Assembly: GCA_963675525.2 (NCBI GenBank)
Contig: CAXXSL010000013.1
Span: forward strand, 576,001-640,000
DNA length: 64,000 nt
Source: Anaerohalosphaeraceae bacterium
Lineage (GTDB): Bacteria > Planctomycetota > Phycisphaerae > Sedimentisphaerales > Anaerohalosphaeraceae
Direction: 5' to 3'
Shown here: piece after piece, positions 9,573 to 19,543 of the stretch
Layout of the letters: each line of letters opens with the position of its first letter
Position numbering within the stretch: the stretch's first letter is position 1
Made by a program: the position numbers and the translations under genes
Notes under the pieces: generated by a model
What the model saw: the letters and a program-made list of their open reading frames with translations, nothing else
Databases searched by the model: none
Told to the model about the DNA's origin: nothing

Positions 9573-10232
9573 TTATTTCCTCACCAAACAAATCACACCC
9601 GGCCGGATTGTTTGTTCCGCATCGCCATCGTTGTCGGTGTCGATCTTGACTTGTACGCGTGCGACCGCCTCGGCGAACCGCAACCGGTAGTATTGGCCCT
9701 TGATGTCCAGCACATCCTGTCCATCCAGCCCCTCATACTGTGCCTGAAAAATCAACATCAGAATACCAAAAACGGACGCCTGTCGAAGCGAGTCGGCGTT
9801 GACAATATCATCAACGCTGTACTCGGCCGCCGAACACCCCGGCGACAATGCAAGCCGCTGCGAAATCTGCCACAACACCTCGTAGCCTTGCGCCGCGTAG
9901 CTGATAATTCGCCACGTCAGCCCCGACGCCGAACCAATCGGAGTCGCCGCCTGCTCATCGCTTGGGCGCACGACCGACACCGTCAAATGCCCCGCATCGA
10001 GAACAGAAACGATTTCAAACGCCCCCTTGATCGCCCCGTCCGTACTCTCCAGCCAGATGACCCCGCCGGCCGCAGCACCGGAAGATATGAAATCCACACC
10101 TGCCGCGGTGAACTGCGTGCCCGCGACAATGCCGTTGTCACCGCCGCAAAGTACCTGTGACGATAAAAACCACGAACCGAACACATTCGGCTCAAACTTC
10201 ATCAAATCCACATCGCTCGAAAACGCATTCAT
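9573..10232 (-). CDS. Hypothetical protein, possible head-completion/adaptor protein
   Basis: ATG 10232 after AAAGGAG; helical C-terminal half LRQASVFGILMLIF...KGQYYRLRF...IDTDNDGDAE; next backbone gene after the capsid. Function inferred. Confidence 0.55.
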   Translation of the reverse strand: MNAFSSDVDLMKFEPNVFGSWFLSSQVLCGGDNGIVAGTQFTAAGVDFISSGAAAGGVIWLESTDGAIKGAFEIVSVLDAGHLTVSVVRPSDEQAATPIGSASGLTWRIISYAAQGYEVLWQISQRLALSPGCSAAEYSVDDIVNADSLRQASVFGILMLIFQAQYEGLDGQDVLDIKGQYYRLRFAEAVARVQVKIDTDNDGDAEQTIRPGVICLVRK

Positions 10233-10348
10233 AATAATCTCCTTTCCTGATTTTTGAATAAACGGATTATTTAAAACGTCGTTGACACATTTCGCCAAAG
10301 CATCTATGATAGGCCCCGCACAAAAAACATAACTGAAAGGTCTTTCTC

Positions 10349-12310
10349 ATGCGTAAAAACTGGAAAAATATCGGCTTAGCAATCATATTGTCCTTCTCGT
10401 TTCTAAGCACACAGGCGGCTTTCGCCATGTCCAACAAAATCCCCAGCCCCGACGGCAATCTAAAAGTCGATTTTCAGCTTAACGCTGACGGTGTGCCTCT
10501 TTATTCAATTGAACTCAACGGTAACGTTGTACTGGTTCCTTCCGAACTGGGACTGGTACGCATTGATCAGGAATTCGACGGTGGGTTGACGCTCGTCAAA
10601 ACATCCGGTGTCGAAACAGTCAAAGATGACTACACGATGATCACCGGTAAACGCCGGGAATGTTCCTACCGGGCCAACCGCCGTACGTTCACCCTGAAAA
10701 ACAGTAACAGCCAAACCATGCAGATCATTTTCCAGGTCTCCAACGACGGCGTGGCGTTCCGTTACGCTTTTCCTGATCCAACGGAAACCAGTCTTGCCCT
10801 TACCCAAGAAGAAACCACTTTTGCCTTTGCGCCAACGACCGTTTCGTGGCTGCATCCCATGCCGGAAGCCAAAACCGGCTGGTCACGCACACAGCCGTCC
10901 TATGAAGAATACTACACCAAGGCAGCACCGGTCGGTACACCATCGCCGATGAGCGGAGGCTGGTGTTTTCCCGCGCTGTTCAAAACCATCGATGACATTT
11001 GGGTGCTGATCTGTGACTCAGACGTCGATGGAAATTATTGCGCCGTCCGCCTGGCGGCCGACTCCACCGGCGGCATTTACCATATCGCGTTTCCGCACCG
11101 GCAAGAACACCGCGGCAGCGTCGATCCGGCCGCACCGGTCATCACAAGACCCTTCCAGTCACCGTGGCGTGTGCTGATCATCGGTGAGACTCTCAACACA
11201 CTCGTGACCTCCACGCTAATGACCGACGTCGCAACACCCTGTCAACCGGACAACACCGATTTCATCAAGCCCGGCAAAGCCGCATGGCACTGGCTGCGAT
11301 ACAGCGACGAAAGCGCCACGCTGGAATATGCCGACTCGTTCCTCGACTTCGCGGCAAAGATGAAATGGGAATACATGCTCATTGATGCAAGCTGGGACCA
11401 GTACATCGGCTATGAAAAAATGGCTGAGTTTGTGAAGAAAGCCAACGCAAAAAACGTCGATGTCATCCTGTGGTACAACTCGAACGGCCCCTGGAACGAC
11501 GCGCCCATGACGCCGAAGAATAAAATGCACGAGCGTGATGTCCGCCGCAAGGAATTTGCCATCCTGCAGAAGATGGGCGTGGCAGGCGTCAAGATCGATT
11601 TCTTCGGCGGCGACAAACAAGCCACGATGCAATTGTACATGGACATCTTCAAAGACGCCGCGGACTTTGGGATCGTGGTCAACTGCCACGGCGCCACCAT
11701 CCCCCGCGGCTGGCAGCGCACCTGGCCCAACCTCGTCACGATGGAATCCGTTCGCGGCATGGAGTACTGCACCTTCGATCAGAACAACACCGACCAACAA
11801 CCCGAACACTGCTGCATCCTGCCGTTTACCCGTAACGCGATTGGTTCGATGGATTTTACGCCGATGGTCTTCAATAAGAAAATCCGCGGCGTCACATTGG
11901 TCACAACGCCTGCGTTCGAGCTGGCCCTGTCCGTCGTCTTCGAATCCGGCGTACAACACTTCGGACTCGTACCCGATGAATACAAAATGATGCCCGACTT
12001 CGTCATCAGCTACCTGCAAAACGTACCGACCACATGGGACCAAACACGCCTCGTCGCCGGCTACCCCGCACAATATGTCGTCATGGCACGTCAATCCGCC
12101 GGCACCTGGTACATCGCAGGCATCAACGGGACCGGCAGCGAAAAACAACTGGCCCTCGATTTATCCTTCCTCCCCAAAGACGCCACAGCAACCATGATCA
12201 CCGACGGCCCCGACAACACCTTCGTCAAAACAACCTTAAACAAAGAAACGCTCGGCAGTTTGAAAGTAAAAATAAAAACCAACGGCGGCTTCGTCATCGT
12301 TGCTAAATAA
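10349..12310 (+). CDS. Glycoside hydrolase family 97
   Basis: Signal peptide; SPDG, NDGVAFRY, IKPGKAAW, GVKIDF, NCHGATIPRGWQRTWPN, GSMDFTP. Confidence 0.92.
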   Translation: MRKNWKNIGLAIILSFSFLSTQAAFAMSNKIPSPDGNLKVDFQLNADGVPLYSIELNGNVVLVPSELGLVRIDQEFDGGLTLVKTSGVETVKDDYTMITGKRRECSYRANRRTFTLKNSNSQTMQIIFQVSNDGVAFRYAFPDPTETSLALTQEETTFAFAPTTVSWLHPMPEAKTGWSRTQPSYEEYYTKAAPVGTPSPMSGGWCFPALFKTIDDIWVLICDSDVDGNYCAVRLAADSTGGIYHIAFPHRQEHRGSVDPAAPVITRPFQSPWRVLIIGETLNTLVTSTLMTDVATPCQPDNTDFIKPGKAAWHWLRYSDESATLEYADSFLDFAAKMKWEYMLIDASWDQYIGYEKMAEFVKKANAKNVDVILWYNSNGPWNDAPMTPKNKMHERDVRRKEFAILQKMGVAGVKIDFFGGDKQATMQLYMDIFKDAADFGIVVNCHGATIPRGWQRTWPNLVTMESVRGMEYCTFDQNNTDQQPEHCCILPFTRNAIGSMDFTPMVFNKKIRGVTLVTTPAFELALSVVFESGVQHFGLVPDEYKMMPDFVISYLQNVPTTWDQTRLVAGYPAQYVVMARQSAGTWYIAGINGTGSEKQLALDLSFLPKDATATMITDGPDNTFVKTTLNKETLGSLKVKIKTNGGFVIVAK

Positions 12311-12332
12311 AAACCAATAAAAGGACAAATCC

Positions 12333-12791
12333 ATGATAAATACGTTGCCGATTGCTAATGTTATTATGCCGATTGCTTTTGAGTTTTACATTGGCTTGCT
12401 CTTATTTTGGTTAATCGTTTTGCCACTTGAAGCACTTATTTTTAAATTACTTGAAAAAATCGCTTTTCTCCGAATCTTCCTTTTCATTTTTCTTTCGAAT
12501 CTTGTTTCTTGGGTTCTTGGGTTCATTATTGGCACATTTGTTCTAAGTTATATCCCCCTATTCACATATTCTTACTTTGATAGTAAAGGATGGGTCTTTT
12601 CGCTTTTCGCAATATTTATCGTGTCATTCTTCATGAGCTGGTTTATTGAATATTTCTTTTTAAAACTTTTTGCTAAACGATTTTCCTTTACTCATCTCTT
12701 TAAAACAACGGGTTATGCTAATATGTGCAGCTACATAGTTCTTTATGTCATATCATTCTGTAGCATTATTATCCAAGGTCTATTCTTTTAA
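12333..12791 (+). CDS. AT-rich hypothetical membrane protein
   Basis: Hydrophobic throughout, low GC, RBS AAGGA. Confidence 0.7.
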   Translation: MINTLPIANVIMPIAFEFYIGLLLFWLIVLPLEALIFKLLEKIAFLRIFLFIFLSNLVSWVLGFIIGTFVLSYIPLFTYSYFDSKGWVFSLFAIFIVSFFMSWFIEYFFLKLFAKRFSFTHLFKTTGYANMCSYIVLYVISFCSIIIQGLFF

Positions 12792-12796
12792 GTAAT

Positions 12797-12836
12797 GTAG
12801 GGTGGGCCATGCCCACGCGGAACACACCCACCCTAC
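12797..12836. repeat. GTAG-type REP with 10-bp terminal inverted repeat
   Basis: GTAGGGTGGG...CCCACCCTAC with internal GTGGGCCATGCCCAC; related to 19894-19914. Confidence 0.75.
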
Positions 12837-12848
12837 CAAATAACATAT

Positions 12849-14003
12849 TTAACTTGTTGTCAACCCGCGGATGACGCCGTGGGCCGCTTCGTTGCGCAGC
12901 TCCAGCGTGTATTCGCCGATCAATTCGCCGCATTCGTAGTCGCCCCCGCTGGCCAGCGGTTTGAAGTGGAAACTTCGTCCGCTCAGCGGCAGCACCTTCA
13001 CACGCGACGAATCCAGCAGCAGCACCGCATCCTGCGGCATCCAGCGCGTCGTCACAATCCGGCACAGGCCGAAATCGCTTTCATACGCCGTCACCCGGTC
13101 GCGATACGTCGTGTCCGACGCGGTAAATCCGCGCAGCGCCGACAGGAACGTATTAATCTTGCGCTTCTGGAAGCCGCCGACAACAATCGTATCGATCGTG
13201 CCGCAACTGTTCTCCCAGATACGCCGCAAGACGTAGTTGAGCTTTTCCTCATCCAGTCCTGTGCCGGAGGGGAATCCGCTCGCGCCGACGTTGAACACAT
13301 TGCTCGTCAAATGTGACAAGACGCCTTTCATCGTCCGCCGGACGGTATCGCTGCCCTGCGGAGTGGTGGTTGTCATGCCGCCGTTAATGACGGTGTTCTC
13401 CAGATCCCGCAGCAATTCACGCAAACGCTCCTGCTTCTGATAATCCATCTCATCCGCCAAACCAATCTGACTGGCCGCCAGGTCGGTGCCGCTGACTTCA
13501 ACCGCCGCGGTAAAGATTTGCGTGTAGTTACCAAACCGGCTGCGATTGGTAAACCGTGCAGTCGGTTTGTCGCCGCCTTCCAGCGCCGCATTACCGAGGA
13601 TATTGATCACGGTGCCATTGGCCAGTTCTTCGGCGGTCGTGCCCGCATATTCGCGAATGACCGTCAGCGTATCGCCCGACACCGCCGTAACCAGCATCAG
13701 TTCTTTGGCGCCTTGGCATTGGATCTGGTCGCCGGGGCGGAACCGGTCGCCATGTGCTACATCGAACTGCGTTTCCAATTCCGGATCGCTGATCGATGTA
13801 TCGTCGACCGTATCCTTGTTCGGCAGCAATTCATCCTCCAGCCACTCGTGATGCGTGCTCGTCGCCGCCCGCAGCGGATCGCCCAGCACATCCAACAGCG
13901 GTGTCTCGAACGGCGAGACGATCGAAATGACATCCGAGACGTCCTCGGCCAACTCCGGCAAACCCGCTCCGCTCGTATATGTTGCTTTTCCACTAAATGC
14001 CAT
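12849..14003 (-). CDS. Phage-like major capsid protein (SU10-MCP/DUF5309-like, HK97 fold)
   Basis: EDVSDVISIVSPFETPLL, HEWLEDEL, NYTQIFTAAVEVSGT, RRTMKGV, YESDFG, LIGEYTLELRNEAAHGVIRGL; RBS AAGGAG. Confidence 0.85.
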   Translation of the reverse strand: MAFSGKATYTSGAGLPELAEDVSDVISIVSPFETPLLDVLGDPLRAATSTHHEWLEDELLPNKDTVDDTSISDPELETQFDVAHGDRFRPGDQIQCQGAKELMLVTAVSGDTLTVIREYAGTTAEELANGTVINILGNAALEGGDKPTARFTNRSRFGNYTQIFTAAVEVSGTDLAASQIGLADEMDYQKQERLRELLRDLENTVINGGMTTTTPQGSDTVRRTMKGVLSHLTSNVFNVGASGFPSGTGLDEEKLNYVLRRIWENSCGTIDTIVVGGFQKRKINTFLSALRGFTASDTTYRDRVTAYESDFGLCRIVTTRWMPQDAVLLLDSSRVKVLPLSGRSFHFKPLASGGDYECGELIGEYTLELRNEAAHGVIRGLTTS

Positions 14004-14042
14004 AATAAATCTCCTTCCTGTTTAAAATCATATTTGCATTGT

Positions 14043-14066
14043 GTCATTCCCGCGCAGGCGGGAATC
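14043..14066. repeat. REP-type palindrome
   Basis: GTCATTCCCGCGCAGGCGGGAATC. Confidence 0.65.
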
Positions 14067-14085
14067 TACTGTTATGAAAAACCCC

Positions 14086-14215
14086 AAATCTTAAGCACTA
14101 AATCCAAAACAAATTCAAAATACTAAAACCCAAAATTCTAAACGACATAGTTTCGAATATTTGAATTTTAATCATTAAGATTTGTTTAGAATTTATGATT
14201 TGGAGCTTAGGATTT
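14086..14215. repeat. AT-rich long imperfect inverted repeat built from short degenerate units
   Basis: AAATCTTAAGCACTAAATCC...AAACAAATTC pairs with AGATTTGTTTAG...GATTTGGAGCTTAGGATTT. Confidence 0.7.
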
Positions 14216-14216
14216 C

Positions 14217-14639
14217 TCAGACGTAAGCACGTCTGAACCGCAGGTACTCCTGCACATCACTTCGACTGCCGCTGTGTGCGGCCTGTTTGGCTGCGGTCTG
14301 CAGCATGGTTCGTGCACCGCCGGTGCGTGTTTCCTTGACGCCCTGCGTCTTTTGACGGTTGTCGTTTTCAGTAGCCGCGACCAGGCTTTGCTTAACCGCA
14401 TCCTGCAAACTTTCCACCTGCTCCTTCAATGCCGCCATTTGCTCGTTTTGTTCGTTGTGTGATTCTTTCAATTCTGACAGCTCCTTTTCCGCCGCCTGTG
14501 CCCGCTTACGATACCGAATCGACTCACTGACCGGTACCAGCTTTTCGGATTGACTGTCCCCCGTACCGCCGGTATCTTGCCGGCTTTCCTCATCACTGGT
14601 TACTGCTGACTGTTCACTGCTAACTGATTCCTCACTCAT
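14217..14639 (-). CDS. Scaffolding-like coiled-coil protein
   Basis: Acidic disordered N-terminus, coiled coil (YRKRAQAAEKELSELKE), basic C-terminal helix; immediately upstream of the capsid gene; RBS AGAAAGGAG. Confidence 0.65.
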   Translation of the reverse strand: MSEESVSSEQSAVTSDEESRQDTGGTGDSQSEKLVPVSESIRYRKRAQAAEKELSELKESHNEQNEQMAALKEQVESLQDAVKQSLVAATENDNRQKTQGVKETRTGGARTMLQTAAKQAAHSGSRSDVQEYLRFRRAYV

Positions 14640-14761
14640 AAAAACTCCTTTCTGTTAATTTTTCTTTGAATTTTTCACAAAATCAATACAATGAAATGCC
14701 ACACCCTCATAATAGAAGCGTCTGTATAAACAACAGAAGCAGGGTTTTAAGGAATGTAGAA

Positions 14762-15404
14762 ATGTTTGATTTACCGAACTGGTTTTGGAATACACTGGCA
14801 ATAATAGTTTTTATTGCTGTCAATTTCATTCTCTGGCTTCACTGTCGCCGTTGCAAAGCCAAAGGCATCGATCCCCAGCCACCATTTAACCGATTCAAAA
14901 AGCATGAAAAACGGATTTCACGCTGGACAGATATTTTTATTATCATAATTATCCTTCTCGAAACAATTGCTTGTGGATATGCTATTTACGCCGTTACAAA
15001 CAGTCTGCCACAAAATATTTCCTTCGAATATCAACAAGATAACAGTCAGCTAACTCTGTCCGTCGGGCTTCTTCTGCTGTTGATTTATTCTGCTTCGGCA
15101 ATCACAATGGCTAGCCTGCTCTCCGCATATCAAAGAAATCTCACGGTAATAAAACGACTTGAACTCCTCGTGATGTGCTGTACACCCTTACTACTCGGAA
15201 TTCTTTATTGTGTCGTTGACAATTCCCACAATTATCGTTTTTTACTTCAAACTCTTGCTGGGCAGCTTATTTTCCGTTGTCTTCATCAACTGGCCGGCAA
15301 TTCTGTTGGGGCGTTCATTTTGCGAATTCTATCCGGCATTGCTCAGAAAAATCCCTCTGCCATGGTTTCAGTTTTCGGAGCAAGAAGAAAAAAAATCTGA
15401 CTAA
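14762..15404 (+). CDS. Hypothetical membrane protein, apparent +1 frameshift in T6 at 15238-15243
   Basis: Removing one T joins the two overlapping ORFs into a 213-aa TM protein. Confidence 0.6.
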
Positions 15405-15486
15405 CTCCGTATTAATCTGTATCTAACGAATACAAATGAGCAAAAAAACATTTAACTTTGATATGTGTTTTAATATGATGAGAATT

Positions 15487-16172
15487 ATGATGAAAACAAA
15501 ATCCTATCTACTACTTATAATCGTTGGCAGCTCTCTATTCCTTTCCGGCTGCTCTAAAAAAAATCCCTCAAGCACAATACCTGCTGAACCCAACAAATCT
15601 TCGGGCCAACAACAATCCAAACGACACGAAGTCAACCGTCCAAAATTAAAATTGGAATACGCTGATGATATTGATAAACTCGCTCTTCAGATCGCTGCTA
15701 TTTTGGACAATATCGAAACGCCCGAAGACGCTGAACAGGCCATCAAAACGTTGAAACCACTGGGGAAGGAATATCGGAAGTTAAATCAAAAATTCAGCAA
15801 ATACTATCTGCAGGAGACGGAGGACCTCTTTTCAACAAATTAAATAATTATCCTAAAATGGTCCAGCGAGCGGTTTCAATTCACCTACACAAACAAGCGG
15901 AACAGGAAAAGTCCACACTTTACAACTTTTATGGCAAGAACCTGCCAAAAAGATTAAAACTCGCTGTGTCTGACGCGGCCCAGTTTACAGGCCTGTCTTT
16001 CTTTACGGACAGTCAAACCTGGGAAAAATGGAAAAAACGTATCAATGCCCCCTACATCTCACCCGACCCGAATATAGTAACAGGTCAAAATACAGCTGTT
16101 GATCCAAATTCAATCGTAGACCCCAATTCCCCCTGGGACCCCAACTTACTCGTTGACCCGAACCGACCTTAA
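15487..16172 (+). CDS. Hypothetical lipoprotein with DPN repeats, apparent frameshift near T4 at 15829-15832
   Basis: Lipobox LSGC; adding one base fuses 15487-15843 with 15858-16172; five DPN motifs at the C-terminus. Confidence 0.6.
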
Positions 16173-16196
16173 AAACATTATAACGCCAGCTTCATG

Positions 16197-16219
16197 CTCA
16201 CTCATAAAAACTCCTTTCT
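16197..16219 (-). repeat. Exact 23-bp copy of the RBS and first codons of the scaffold-like gene (14631-14653)
   Basis: CTCACTCATAAAAACTCCTTTCT at both positions. Confidence 0.9.
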
Positions 16220-16317
16220 AAGAAATCTATTGATTAACATTAATTCTCTGATATGCTTTTATGATATTTTTAATTTTTCAGATGGTGGAAGATCTGAATT
16301 CCCAGGACTAAATTTAT

Positions 16318-17664
16318 ATGAAAATAAAGCTGATCTCGCCACAAATGACCCTTCGTCCGATGGATTCAGAACTCAAACGTCGGATGTCTCCACCCTTGGC
16401 TTTATTAGTTCTGGCAGCATTAACCCCACCTCAAAACACCGTCATCGTTGAAGACGAAAATATCAGGAAACTTAACCTCAGTGACTCACCCGACCTTGTC
16501 GGCATCACCGTCAATGTAGATACCTCCAAGCGTGCCTATGAAATTGCGTCCCACTATCGCCGACGTAATATCCCCGTCGTTCTAGGCGGTATTCATCCCA
16601 GTGCCAACCCAAGCGAGGCCGGACAGTACTGCGACGCGGTTTGCATTGGCGAAGCGGAAACGCTCTGGCCAAAAATACTGCAAGACAGACAATCAAATAA
16701 CTTACTTTCTCAATATCACAACTTAGAGACTACCGACCTTTCGTTGACCCCGTTGCCGAAATGGGACATATTAAATTCCTCGGATTATCTCTATACGAAT
16801 GTACTTTGTACCAGTCGGGGTTGTCCGTTCCGCTGTGAGTTCTGCTATAACAGTTGTGACTACACGCAGCATGCCTTTCGAAACCGTCCAATCGCCAATG
16901 TAATTTCAGAGATAGAAAGTTTCAAAACTCGACAGGTCATGTTTATAGATGACAATTTCATTGGCAATCCGCAATGGACACGAGAATTCATAAAGACCAT
17001 TCGCCCCATGAAACTGATTTGGCACGCTGCGGTATCAACAAATATTATCCAGCATCCGGACCTGCTCGATGCCATGGCAGCCGCCGGTTGCAGAAGTCTC
17101 TTTATCGGCTTTGAATCAATTAACCATCACTCCATTCGCAGCGTCAATAAAGTCCAGAATCATTGCGACCAATATGACCAGATCATTCGAATGTTACATG
17201 AACGTAAGATCATGGTAAATGCCAGCATGGTATTTGGATTGGATAGCGACACGCCTGAAACATTTCCAGACACTTTGGACTGGTTGGTGAGCAATAAAGT
17301 CGAGACCGTAACCGCACACATTTTGACACCATATCCCGGCACGAAACTGTTTCAACGTTTTCAGGCAGAAGGACGTATCTTCGACAGGAACTGGAGTCAC
17401 TATAATACCGCCCATGTTGTTTACCAACCCAAAAACATGACCCCGGAAGAACTTTATAACGGCTATCGTTGGCTTTATAATCAGTTTTATTCCTTTGGTA
17501 ATATTTTCAGACGAATGCCCACCAGCGCAAGTTTAAAAACTCCTTATCTGTTATTCAACTTCGGATACCGAAAATTCGGCAAGGTCACTTCGCTGTCAGC
17601 TCATGTGGGTTTGTTAAATCGCATGGGAAAACTTGTTCGCCACCTTTGCTACGGCATCGAATAA
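16318..17664 (+). CDS. Cobalamin-binding radical SAM protein
   Basis: B12-binding N-domain (DLVGIT, VVLGGIHPS, IGEAE), SRGCPFRCEFC, FIDDNF, LTPYPGT. Confidence 0.92.
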   Translation: MKIKLISPQMTLRPMDSELKRRMSPPLALLVLAALTPPQNTVIVEDENIRKLNLSDSPDLVGITVNVDTSKRAYEIASHYRRRNIPVVLGGIHPSANPSEAGQYCDAVCIGEAETLWPKILQDRQSNNLLSQYHNLETTDLSLTPLPKWDILNSSDYLYTNVLCTSRGCPFRCEFCYNSCDYTQHAFRNRPIANVISEIESFKTRQVMFIDDNFIGNPQWTREFIKTIRPMKLIWHAAVSTNIIQHPDLLDAMAAAGCRSLFIGFESINHHSIRSVNKVQNHCDQYDQIIRMLHERKIMVNASMVFGLDSDTPETFPDTLDWLVSNKVETVTAHILTPYPGTKLFQRFQAEGRIFDRNWSHYNTAHVVYQPKNMTPEELYNGYRWLYNQFYSFGNIFRRMPTSASLKTPYLLFNFGYRKFGKVTSLSAHVGLLNRMGKLVRHLCYGIE

Positions 17665-17681
17665 TTAATATAATACGGTAG

Positions 17682-17980
17682 ATGATGGATAAAAAGAAAA
17701 AAGAAAAAGTGCTGCTGGAAAAGTTTATCGGGGTGTACTGCCGCAAGAAGCATGGCACTGATGGCACGGAACTTTGCGCTGAATGCAGCGACCTTAAGAA
17801 CTATGCATTTGAGAAGCTGGACAAGTGCCCCTTTGACCCCAAGCCCAAGTGCAAAGACTGCCGGGTTCACTGCTATAAAGACCCGTATCGTCAGCGGTCA
17901 AAGAGGTCATGAAATTTTCCGGCATTCATTTTGTCAAACGCGGCCGGCTCGACTGGCTGTTTAAATACCTCATGCGCTAA
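17682..17980 (+). CDS. YgbA / nitrous oxide-stimulated promoter family protein, apparent frameshift near 17896
   Basis: YCRKKH, LCAECSDL..YA..KLDKCP, KPKCKDCRVHCY; the VKEVMKFSG tail continues in another frame. Confidence 0.8.
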
Positions 17981-18057
17981 AACCAGCACCCAAAATTTGA
18001 TTGAATAATATTCATCACCTGTTATACTGTCAGCGTTATTCATACGGGAGAAATAAG

Positions 18058-18516
18058 ATGAATACAAAAATTTATCTATTGTTGATAATTGCTGGTATAA
18101 TTTTATTCCTTTCCGGTTGTCTGGAACCGACGTCTTATGAACGGTCTGTTTCGCTGTTGCCGGCGGTGATTGAAGGTGTTGACCCGAATATGCCGGAACC
18201 AGATCCGCTGGATGTGTTAGCGGCGGCCGAAAAGATCGCGGGCAAGGCCGGGCTGAAACCCTATACAGCCTCGCATGAAGAAGTGTCTCTTTTGGATATC
18301 GCCGACAGCGGTCTGCTGGGCGAAACTCATAGCGATGAAATAAATGTAACAGAATGGAAACACCCCGACTTAGCCGTCTATCTGACTGTCACGCGAAAGC
18401 CGGAGGAAATTCTGATTTTACTGAACCACACCCCTGACGCAGCCGGCAAACCCAACCGGCCCGCACAAAAACTATTCGAGTCCATCCAAAAACAATTGGC
18501 CGAAACAGACTTTTAA
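18058..18516 (+). CDS. Hypothetical lipoprotein
   Basis: RBS GGAG, signal MNTKIYLLLIIAGIILFLSGC. Confidence 0.7.
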   Translation: MNTKIYLLLIIAGIILFLSGCLEPTSYERSVSLLPAVIEGVDPNMPEPDPLDVLAAAEKIAGKAGLKPYTASHEEVSLLDIADSGLLGETHSDEINVTEWKHPDLAVYLTVTRKPEEILILLNHTPDAAGKPNRPAQKLFESIQKQLAETDF

Positions 18517-18517
18517 C

Positions 18518-18751
18518 TTAAAGAGATGTTTTCGCCAATGGTTTTGGATTGATCCGCCGGAGTTTTTGCTGTGCCAGTGCCTCTTTGAGCCAGGCATTGA
18601 TCCTTGTGCCGTAGGTGTAATCGTCCAGCTCCAGCAGATGCTCGGCATCCAGCGGTCCTACGCCGCCGATCACCTCGCCAAACGGCGTGCTTTCCACGGC
18701 GTAGATGCAGCCGTTCCCGACATGTTGCCAAAATCCTTTAACGCGACCCAT
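18518..18751 (-). CDS. Small hypothetical protein (77 aa)
   Basis: ATG 18751 after GAAGGGA; globular-looking GFWQH...IYAVESTPFGEVIGGVGPL. Confidence 0.6.
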   Translation of the reverse strand: MGRVKGFWQHVGNGCIYAVESTPFGEVIGGVGPLDAEHLLELDDYTYGTRINAWLKEALAQQKLRRINPKPLAKTSL

Positions 18752-18931
18752 AATCAATCCCTTCACTTCAACAGAGCCTCTACTAAAGTCTGGCAAATAA
18801 ATACTGCCGGGGCAAATTATAAAAATATAAAGTCGCCTTTGGCGGATGTTTAAACAGATCACCTCGGCTTCGCTCGGGATGACGGCCCCCCTGTGATAAT
18901 GACAGGGCATATTTGATCATTCGCTAACGTA

Positions 18932-19543
18932 TTATCCGATCTTTTCGATCGCCGTGGCGTCCAGTATCCGCAACCCCATCAGCGACCGGTAGTTCCGTCC
19001 GCTGTTGAGATACTGCATCAGTTCGCGGTAAAGATCTGTATCCATGAATCGGACCAGCGGCTGGGTCACCTGGGCAAAGCACCGCAAGGCGGCCCTGGCC
19101 TGCTTATCCCAAAAACGACCGTACACATCCCAGTCGCTATCGGAGATGGTCCGCCGACAGTCGGCACTGCCGCAGGAGCATTCCAGTGGTTCCGGCAGGT
19201 TAAAGATTCCGTACTCGTCGGTGATCTGCTCGCCGGCAGCAATATCCCGCACCGCGATCTCAAAACCGTAACCGGTGCTGATGGTGTTCGGGTCACAGCG
19301 GTGATTGACATACTTGGCGATATCCCAACTTACAATGCGGCAGCCGCGTTCATCAATATAGGAAAACCAGTTGACCACCGTCTGGTATTGCGGATCCATG
19401 CCGGCAAACTGCTCGGGCGTGATCTCGATCTCCAGCGGGTCCTTGACATAAACGATCGTCCCTTTCGGGATCGGCCGTAGTGCAAACACACCATTACCAA
19501 TCGTTTCATTGACTTTTCGTAACTCTGTGTCGGGGTGGATCAT
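18932..19543 (-). CDS. SET-domain protein-lysine methyltransferase with post-SET motif
   Basis: GNGVFA, YVNHRCDPN, GEQITDEY, CSCGSADCR. Confidence 0.9.
   Translation of the reverse strand: MIHPDTELRKVNETIGNGVFALRPIPKGTIVYVKDPLEIEITPEQFAGMDPQYQTVVNWFSYIDERGCRIVSWDIAKYVNHRCDPNTISTGYGFEIAVRDIAAGEQITDEYGIFNLPEPLECSCGSADCRRTISDSDWDVYGRFWDKQARAALRCFAQVTQPLVRFMDTDLYRELMQYLNSGRNYRSLMGLRILDATAIEKIG

Noticed and set aside
12849..14003. Encapsulin nanocompartment
   Set aside because: Motifs fit a phage capsid family, and portal and scaffold-like genes are present, which encapsulin loci lack.
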